A DNA stretch of 64,000 bases from an uncultured Gammaproteobacteria bacterium (GTDB lineage Bacteria > Patescibacteriota > Microgenomatia > Levybacterales > GWA1-39-11), in contig CAZVGS010000001.1 in the NCBI GenBank assembly GCA_964627245.1, positions 153,256-217,255 of the forward strand. Direction: 5' to 3'. Shown here piece after piece: positions 57,829-64,000 of this stretch (positions are counted from its first letter, which is position 1; every line of letters starts with the position of its first letter). Made by a program: the position numbers and the translations under genes. Below the pieces are notes generated by a model. It had not been told where the DNA came from, searched no databases, and was given only the letters and a program-made list of their open reading frames with translations.

Positions 57829-60630
57829 TTATGAAAGTTTCACCTCAAAGGTGGTTGATTTGGTAAGTTTTGAAACTAAAGCCTTTTTCTTAATTTCCTC
57901 TTCATAGGCTTCCGGCCAAAAGGGGGCTTCAACTTCAACTTTTTGTGTAAGCGTTGTGCCGATCTCTTTTCTCTTTTTTTGAATGTTACGGATGATATCC
58001 CTTGCCTGGCCAGCCTCAATATTCTGGTTGTTCTCACCAGGATCTCCGGATACTTCATACTGTGGCTGTTCTTTTTTAAGTTCAAGAGATTCTATATTGG
58101 TTTCGCTTTTAACAATTTCAAGTACTTCATCCGAAAGCTTAAAACCTGAGTATTCAATTTTTTTTAGAGGAATTTTCACCTTTATTCCATTTTGCTTTCT
58201 GAATGCATTAAGACAAGTCGACAACTCCTGGGCCTTTTTCATTTCAAATTCAAGATCAGGATTTACCAAATCCCCATTAAACTCCGGCCACAATTCAAGA
58301 TGCACTGACTCTTTCCCCGTCAGATTTCTAAATATCTCCTCTGATATGAAGGGTGTAATCGGTGCAATTAGAAGGGAAAGCTTCTGCAAGACTGCGTTTG
58401 TTGTATGGTAAAAATCATTGCTGTCATTTTTATCCTCTACGCTCGGTCCAACCCGGTCCCGCGAGCGCCGTATATACCAAGTAGACAGTTCATCAATAAA
58501 CTTCTTAACCGCATTTATTGCATTAACTGTATTGTATTGATCTAGCTCCTTCGTAACCTCTTTTACGAGATTGTTCAAAAGTGATATTATCCATCGGTCT
58601 AACGGATTTTTGATCTCAAAATCCATAGCATCATTCCAATCGTCGATATTTGCATAAGTTACAAAAAAATTATAAATATTCCATAAAATCAGCAGTGATC
58701 CTCTAACTTGATCGCGGTAATCAACCTCAGATATCCTAATATCTTCTCCATTCATAACCGGTGACCCTAGAAGATACATACGCAGAGCATCTCCTCCGTA
58801 TTCTTCAATTAATTTTTTTGGGTCAGGAAAATTTCCGTAGTTTTTGCTCATCTTGCGGCCATCAGTTCCGAGAATGACACCCTCAACTACAACATTCTTA
58901 AAGGCCGGTGAATCATACAAAGCACAGCCAATAACTTGAAGAACGTAAAACCATGCTCTAATTTGCCCGGTATATTCCGCAATAAAATCAGGAGGGTAAA
59001 AATTCTCAAGTTTCTCACCTGATTCAAATGGATAATGTCTTTCAGCAAAAGACGCACTTCCAGCTTCAATCCAACTATCGAGCACTTCTTGTACTCTTTT
59101 TGCATTTCGATCACATTTTTTGCACTTTATTTCTATAGTGTCAATGATGGGTTTGTGCAGATCGGCTACTTTTGAACCAGACAATTGTTCTAATTCTTTG
59201 ATCGATTCAGGAACATATCTTTCACCACACTCACATTCCCAAACAGGAACGGGGCTTCCCCAATATCTGCTTCTTGAAATATTCCAATCCGGAGCATTTT
59301 CCAAACTCTTGGCAAATCTCCCTTTTTTGAAATGACCGGGATACCAATTCACAGTTTCATTAGTTTTTTGAAGTCTCTCCTTCAAATTCTGAATATTCAC
59401 ATACCATGCGTTTTGAGGATTGTAAAACAGCCTGGTTGAACACCTCCAGCAGTGCGGCACATTATGAGGTAGATCGCTATCGCTATAAACAAGGCCACGT
59501 GCGTCAAGATCTTCATTTACAGACTTATTCGCATCTAAATAAAACATCCCCCCAAACTTTGGAACATCAGAATTTATTACTCCCTCATCATCAACTAAAA
59601 ATTCGAGGTGGATGTTATCCCTTTGCATAACTCCCAAATCTTCCTCACCATAAACTGCAATAGTCACTATCCCGGTACCTTCATCGGAAGTAACAAAGTC
59701 TCCCGCTATGACAATAAAAGCTTTCTTACCCTCATCAACCTTATAATAGTCGTAATGAGGAATAAACTCTTTACCCAATAGATCTTTGCCTTCGAATTCT
59801 TCCGCAATTTCATAAGGTGCGTCGTTAAGCATTTTAACTGTGTCTTTTGCAAGAATATAAAACTCATCTCCCTGCTTAATTTTTATATAAGAAAGCTTTG
59901 GATTTACAGCTAAAGCGGGAGTAACGATTTTATTCCAGGGAGTTGTCGACCAAGCAAGAAAAAAAGTGTTTTCTTTCCCCTTTAATTGATATTTGTAGGT
60001 TGTTGCTGCGTCGGGAATAACTTTATAATTGTCTTGATCCATAGCTACCTCAAAATTTGATATTGGAGTTGAACAATGGGGACAATACAAAGAAACTCTT
60101 AGCCCCTTATAAATATGTCCGCCCTTGTACATTTGGGAAAAAACCCACATGACGGATTCCATATATGACAAATCCCACGTTCTGTATGCGTTCTTAAAAT
60201 CCACCCACCTTCCGATTTTATCTATGTACCATTCCCACTCTCCTGAAACCTCCTCGACATACCTTTTACATTCCGCGATGAATTTGTCTACTCCAACATG
60301 TTCTTCAATATCCTTTTTTCTTTTTATATGAAGTTTTCCTTCAACCTTGTTCTCAATTGGAAGTCCATGGCCATCCCATCCCCAAACCCGCCTAACCCTA
60401 TAGCCTTTCATTGTGTAATATCTTCCAAAAAGATCCTTCGGCAGTGATGAGAGTAAGGATCCGTAGTGAGGCATTCCGGTTACAAATGGTGGGCCGTCAA
60501 GAAAAGTCCACTTTTTACCCTCAGGTCTTGCCAATACTGATTTTTCAAAAATTTTATTGTCTTTCCAGTATTTTGTAACACTATCCTCCATTTCGGAGAA
60601 ATTTACCTTGGGGCTTACAGCTTTGAACAT
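57829..60630 (-). CDS. ileS: Isoleucyl-tRNA synthetase (eukaryote/archaea-like type) with variant signature motifs
   Basis: GPPFVTGMPHYGS (HIGH position), GWDGHGLPIE, DWNISRSRYWG and KMSKNYGN (KMSKS position) are all IleRS-type blocks. Confidence 0.75.
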   Translation of the reverse strand: MFKAVSPKVNFSEMEDSVTKYWKDNKIFEKSVLARPEGKKWTFLDGPPFVTGMPHYGSLLSSLPKDLFGRYYTMKGYRVRRVWGWDGHGLPIENKVEGKLHIKRKKDIEEHVGVDKFIAECKRYVEEVSGEWEWYIDKIGRWVDFKNAYRTWDLSYMESVMWVFSQMYKGGHIYKGLRVSLYCPHCSTPISNFEVAMDQDNYKVIPDAATTYKYQLKGKENTFFLAWSTTPWNKIVTPALAVNPKLSYIKIKQGDEFYILAKDTVKMLNDAPYEIAEEFEGKDLLGKEFIPHYDYYKVDEGKKAFIVIAGDFVTSDEGTGIVTIAVYGEEDLGVMQRDNIHLEFLVDDEGVINSDVPKFGGMFYLDANKSVNEDLDARGLVYSDSDLPHNVPHCWRCSTRLFYNPQNAWYVNIQNLKERLQKTNETVNWYPGHFKKGRFAKSLENAPDWNISRSRYWGSPVPVWECECGERYVPESIKELEQLSGSKVADLHKPIIDTIEIKCKKCDRNAKRVQEVLDSWIEAGSASFAERHYPFESGEKLENFYPPDFIAEYTGQIRAWFYVLQVIGCALYDSPAFKNVVVEGVILGTDGRKMSKNYGNFPDPKKLIEEYGGDALRMYLLGSPVMNGEDIRISEVDYRDQVRGSLLILWNIYNFFVTYANIDDWNDAMDFEIKNPLDRWIISLLNNLVKEVTKELDQYNTVNAINAVKKFIDELSTWYIRRSRDRVGPSVEDKNDSNDFYHTTNAVLQKLSLLIAPITPFISEEIFRNLTGKESVHLELWPEFNGDLVNPDLEFEMKKAQELSTCLNAFRKQNGIKVKIPLKKIEYSGFKLSDEVLEIVKSETNIESLELKKEQPQYEVSGDPGENNQNIEAGQARDIIRNIQKKRKEIGTTLTQKVEVEAPFWPEAYEEEIKKKALVSKLTKSTTFEVKLS

Positions 60631-60639
60631 ATGGGTTCA

Positions 60640-60668
60640 ATTTTAGCCGAAAAGCTGATTTAGTTCAA
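60640..60668 (-). promoter_or_regulatory. Promoter of ileS: TTGAAC-N17-TAAAAT, 9 nt before the ATG
   Basis: On the minus strand the sequence reads TTGAACtaaatcagcttttcggcTAAAATtgaacccatATG. Confidence 0.45.
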
Positions 60669-60680
60669 GAAGATCAAAGA

Positions 60681-60848
60681 CTATTTTGAAGTGCTAACAC
60701 CTGCAACCTCTGAAGGTGTTTTTATAGTTTGAGCCTTGAGTATAAAAAGAGCCTCAAAAACAATAAAAAGCAGCAAAAAACTCAAAAACATAAGCTTAGT
60801 ATTTGAGAGTCTTTTCTTGGGATGCTTCTTTACTTTTTTATTCGGCAT
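60681..60848 (-). CDS. Possible small single-TM protein (55 aa), not in the ORF track
   Basis: Manual translation gives MPNKKVKKHPKKRLSNTKLMFLSFLLLFIVFEALFILKAQTIKTPSEVAGVSTSK, with a basic N-terminus followed by a TM helix. Confidence 0.25.
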   Translation of the reverse strand: MPNKKVKKHPKKRLSNTKLMFLSFLLLFIVFEALFILKAQTIKTPSEVAGVSTSK

Positions 60849-60890
60849 ATAAATAACTTTAGAACTTTTAAGAGACGCTTGTCAACTCGG

Positions 60891-61748
60891 TTAGAGAATT
60901 TCACTTTCTTCGGTGTTTTCTTGACCAAGAATATACACATCCGCTCCGTATTCATCCTGGCCAACAAGCTCAGCTCCTCCTTTTATTAAGGTTTCCAAAT
61001 CACTACAGCTGCGGCAGCCATTGAAAGGACATGAGAATTTCTGAAGTGATCTTGCGAGTTTTATCTTGCGTGCAATCTCCAAGACTTTCTTATATGCAAG
61101 GCCGTAATCCGGAAGAATGCATTCGGAGAGATCGTCATTGCGCTCTATGTACCAGTAGCTGGCTTTTTCGATTTTCCTGTTTTGGCAATTTGTTGCAAGA
61201 AGTAAATAAATAGGCAACTGCAGTGAATCATCATCTTCATCCTTCTTGCCTGTCTTAAAATCAATTATATGAATACTATCATTTTCGGGAATATATTCAA
61301 GCCAGTCTAACTTACCGCAAAGAATAATGCCCTCTTCCTCAGATAGCCAGAAATTAGGCAAGTCCATTTTTATCTTGACTGCCTGCCTTTTTATTAGACC
61401 GGGATTTTTTGTTACCCTTCTTAGCATTTCTTCACCTCTTTCTTTATAGATTCTTTCTGTGTTTGCAGAAAGAAATCCTCCTTTTTTTCCCGCAATTTTT
61501 TTCCAAGAGTTTTCAAATAGTTCAAGAAGGGGTGTATCAAAGCGTTTATCCACCGGAAGAATTGAAAGACTTTCGATAACCTCATGAACAGCCTGTCCCA
61601 AAGCTAACGGTGGCATCATAATCTTTACCTTATGCCCCGTTAGAGGATCTTTATAGACGTGTTTGAGAAAATACGACCTGGGACATTTATTGAAGTCTGA
61701 GATTGATGTATGAGAAACCCAAGTTGCGGAATATTTATCCTGCTGCAT
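60891..61748 (-). CDS. PD-(D/E)XK nuclease, Cas4/RecB-like with four Cys
   Basis: It has an N-terminal Cys (NKCPRSY), the nuclease motifs GKLDWLE, IIDFKTGK and QLPIY, and a C-terminal C-x4-C-x2-C cluster (CPFNGCRSC). This pattern is read as Cas4/AddB-like and suggests an Fe-S cluster. Confidence 0.65.
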   Translation of the reverse strand: MQQDKYSATWVSHTSISDFNKCPRSYFLKHVYKDPLTGHKVKIMMPPLALGQAVHEVIESLSILPVDKRFDTPLLELFENSWKKIAGKKGGFLSANTERIYKERGEEMLRRVTKNPGLIKRQAVKIKMDLPNFWLSEEEGIILCGKLDWLEYIPENDSIHIIDFKTGKKDEDDDSLQLPIYLLLATNCQNRKIEKASYWYIERNDDLSECILPDYGLAYKKVLEIARKIKLARSLQKFSCPFNGCRSCSDLETLIKGGAELVGQDEYGADVYILGQENTEESEIL

Positions 61749-61821
61749 AGAATGTATCTTCTAAGATATACTTAAAAAGACCGCAAAGCAAGGTCTATCG
61801 CACAAAATGTATAATTAAGCT

Positions 61822-62196
61822 ATGAAAATAAATGATATTGTATTTACCAATCATTCTATCCAGAGGTTAAAAGAGAGGGGAATAACAGGAGAGATGGTGT
61901 GGCAAACGGTAAAAACACCAGATGTTAAGTCTCCCGGCAAAGAAAAACACACCACTGAATTTATAAAAAAAATAGGTGATAGAAAAGTTAGCTGTATTGG
62001 CAAGAAAAATTACATAGGAGAATGGGTTATTTTATCTGCCTGGATGGATCCGCCGCTTGAGGGAACCAAAGATCACAAAAAGCGCGCATCTTACCTTAAA
62101 GGACTTGAGAAAGAGAAGGAGTATTCAAGAAAAATTAAAGAAGCTTCTTTTTTAGGAAAACTGTGGTTAACTTTTAAGAAACAGGCAGGATTTTAA
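61822..62196 (+). CDS. DUF4258-like small protein (putative toxin-like fold)
   Basis: The N-terminus (FTNHSIQRLKERGITGEMV) resembles the H-A-x-x-R-M-x-E-R-G-I signature. The C-terminal half is basic. Confidence 0.45.
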   Translation: MKINDIVFTNHSIQRLKERGITGEMVWQTVKTPDVKSPGKEKHTTEFIKKIGDRKVSCIGKKNYIGEWVILSAWMDPPLEGTKDHKKRASYLKGLEKEKEYSRKIKEASFLGKLWLTFKKQAGF

Positions 62197-62198
62197 TA

Positions 62199-63272
62199 TT
62201 GTTTTTGATGGATCACTCAAAAAAAAGCACTTATCTATTTTCGATTGATGCCTTAAGGGTAATTGCAATACTTGCAGTTATTTTTATACACCAAACAACC
62301 ATAACTCTGCAAATATTAAATCACAATGTGTCGGCAGCACCATTTTCTTTATTGTTTAACCAAGCTTCCCGATTTGCAGTACCATTGTTTTTTTTGATTT
62401 CAGGATATGTTCTGGAGTTGAATAATAAAAATCACTTTTCATATCCTGTTTTTTTTAAAAAAAGAGCATCAAGAATACTAGTACCTTTTATATTTTGGAG
62501 TGGATTATATTTTTATATCGGGCACAAATTCAATATCGAAAGTCTTTTTAGCTTCCGTTTTATTGAGGATTTAGTTACTGGGCAATCAGCATATCATCTT
62601 TATTTCATACCAACACTAATTATTTTTTATCTGTTATTTCCATTTCTTCATAAAATTTTAACGTATATAAAAAATCCCCTATTTTTCATTTTAATTTTTG
62701 TTTTTCAAATTGTCATTGCTTTTTACAATTACTACGTACAATCCATACCTGTTCATCAGGATCTACAGGTTGCAATACTTGTCTTTTCTATGTTTTTTAT
62801 AGGCATGGCATCAAGTCATTATAAAGATCAAATCTTCAGTTTTACAAAAAAATACCTTTTATTCTTATCTATTATCCTGCTTGGAGTTACCGCATATATT
62901 TATATACATGTGTATGATTTGACTGTAAGATTCCAAACAACAAGCTTTATTTATAATCAATACGGTCCTCTACATTACATACATACTGTCCTTTTTGCAC
63001 TTGTTCTTTCATATATTATTGAAAAAAAACAAATTCTGAAGAGATTTTTTATTATACTTTCAAAACTTTCTTTTTTTGTTTTTTTTATTCACGTTCTGAT
63101 ACTACAGAACGTACGGATTGGTGTAATAAACGGCTTAATTGAAAAAGGTGGAAACGGCTTCTTAAAAAATTTTTGGTTTGATCCGCTTATTTTTATTTTA
63201 GTGTGCTCTATTTCATTTTTGATTGCATTTACTGTTCACAAAATTCCCTATGCCTCAAAAATCACAGGATAA
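62199..63272 (+). CDS. Acyltransferase family 3 (AT3) membrane O-acyltransferase
   Basis: The N-terminal motif is FSIDALRVIAILAVIFIHQ. It has about 10 TM helices and is 357 aa long. Confidence 0.8.
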   Translation: MFLMDHSKKSTYLFSIDALRVIAILAVIFIHQTTITLQILNHNVSAAPFSLLFNQASRFAVPLFFLISGYVLELNNKNHFSYPVFFKKRASRILVPFIFWSGLYFYIGHKFNIESLFSFRFIEDLVTGQSAYHLYFIPTLIIFYLLFPFLHKILTYIKNPLFFILIFVFQIVIAFYNYYVQSIPVHQDLQVAILVFSMFFIGMASSHYKDQIFSFTKKYLLFLSIILLGVTAYIYIHVYDLTVRFQTTSFIYNQYGPLHYIHTVLFALVLSYIIEKKQILKRFFIILSKLSFFVFFIHVLILQNVRIGVINGLIEKGGNGFLKNFWFDPLIFILVCSISFLIAFTVHKIPYASKITG

Positions 63273-64000
63273 AATTATTTTAGGCTCTAAAAGAAAAAAA
63301 CAGTTCTCTCAGGGGGATAGCAAAGCAGTCCGGGCAGACAAATTGCTTTCGTCACTAGGTCTTTGCTCTAGGCGTGGCGTGGAAGAATACATAAAAAAAC
63401 ACAAAGTTACATCAGATAATATGCGAATAATCGAACACGGTCAAAGAATTCCATTCAAGGGAATTATTAAAATTGACGGAAGAGAAATTAGAAAGCCAAA
63501 GAAAGTCTATTATTTACTCAACAAACCCAAAGGAATTGTTTCAACGGCGTCCGATGAATTCAGAAGAAAAAATGTTGTTGATCTTATTAAAACGGACGAC
63601 CGCATATTTCCCATTGGAAGACTTGACCGAAACACCCATGGGCTTTTGATTCTCACTAATGACGGAAGCCTTACAAACATGCTAATCCATCCAAAGTATC
63701 ATATTGGGAAAGTATATATTCTTAAAATTAAAGGGCAAGTTTCAAGTAATCAACTCGAAAAATTAGAGAAAGGAATTGAACTTGCGGATGGAATGACTGC
63801 CCCTGCAAAAGTAAATGTTTTGCAGATAAGAAAAGACGGCACATTTTTGGAGTTAACTATTTATGAAGGACGAAAGAGACAGATCAGAAGAATGTGCGAA
63901 GAGATAAAGCTAAATTTAGTGGATCTTGAAAGAGTAAGATTTGGCAATATAGAGCTGGGCGATCTAAAGACAGGTGAATACAGAGAGCTTACAGGAAAAG
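63250..64000 (+). CDS. Pseudouridine synthase, RsuA/RluB family (S4 domain plus catalytic domain); the 3' end lies outside the window
   Basis: This ORF was translated manually and is not in the track because it has no stop in the window. The S4 domain is ADKLLSSLGLCSRRGVEEYIK. The catalytic Asp motif is FPIGRLDRNTHGLLILTNDG. Confidence 0.8.
   Translation, partial: MPQKSQDKIILGSKRKKQFSQGDSKAVRADKLLSSLGLCSRRGVEEYIKKHKVTSDNMRIIEHGQRIPFKGIIKIDGREIRKPKKVYYLLNKPKGIVSTASDEFRRKNVVDLIKTDDRIFPIGRLDRNTHGLLILTNDGSLTNMLIHPKYHIGKVYILKIKGQVSSNQLEKLEKGIELADGMTAPAKVNVLQIRKDGTFLELTIYEGRKRQIRRMCEEIKLNLVDLERVRFGNIELGDLKTGEYRELTGK

Noticed and set aside
57943-58411. Plus-strand ORFs of 68-142 aa
   Set aside because: They are antisense to ileS. 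ileS has strong family conservation in its own frame.
60891-61748. CRISPR-Cas association of the Cas4-like nuclease
   Set aside because: No cas1 or cas2, no other cas genes, and no direct-repeat array occur anywhere in the 64 kb. It is called a stand-alone PD-(D/E)XK nuclease.

Overview
This is a low-GC, compact bacterial chromosome segment. The gene repertoire looks Patescibacteria/CPR-like, but that is inference only.

The left 25 kb is housekeeping:
- the 3' end of typA
- rplS and pyrG
- two tRNAs flanking a LysM gene
- a PolX
- lemA-htpX
- murT-gatD directly followed by gatCAB, a nucleotidyltransferase-fold ORF and dnaE
- a complete F1Fo ATP synthase operon (atpBEFHAGDC)

The right end carries lepB, an orphan parB, rpmA, rplU, a SEDS protein, ileS, a Cas4-like PD-(D/E)XK nuclease, a DUF4258-like ORF, an AT3 acyltransferase and the start of an RluB-like pseudouridine synthase.

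Between the atp operon and lepB (about 25.8-54.4 kb) sits a roughly 28.6 kb cell-surface glycan locus. It encodes:
- a WaaL/Wzy_C-like ligase and a Wzx flippase
- two GT1 and four GT2 genes, one GT2 fused to a polytopic membrane domain
- five to six large polytopic GT-C-like membrane proteins (PMT/ArnT-like and YfhO-like)
- two paralogous zinc-ribbon C-methyltransferases and two further SAM methyltransferases
- a PseB/CapD-like 4,6-dehydratase, a UDP-GlcNAc 2-epimerase-like gene, SDR reductases/epimerases and a cupin isomerase

No transposase, integrase, rRNA or CRISPR array was seen.

The most interesting candidates are:
- an uncharacterised 7TM + (ATP-grasp fused to retropepsin-like protease) module next to typA
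- the GT-C-rich glycan locus
- a pervasive leaderless-promoter architecture
- an atpB carrying an acidic insertion together with a truncated delta subunit
- tandem paralogous small membrane proteins
- an IleRS with degenerate HIGH/KMSKS motifs
- a tRNA-Asp with a covariant A19:U56 tertiary pair
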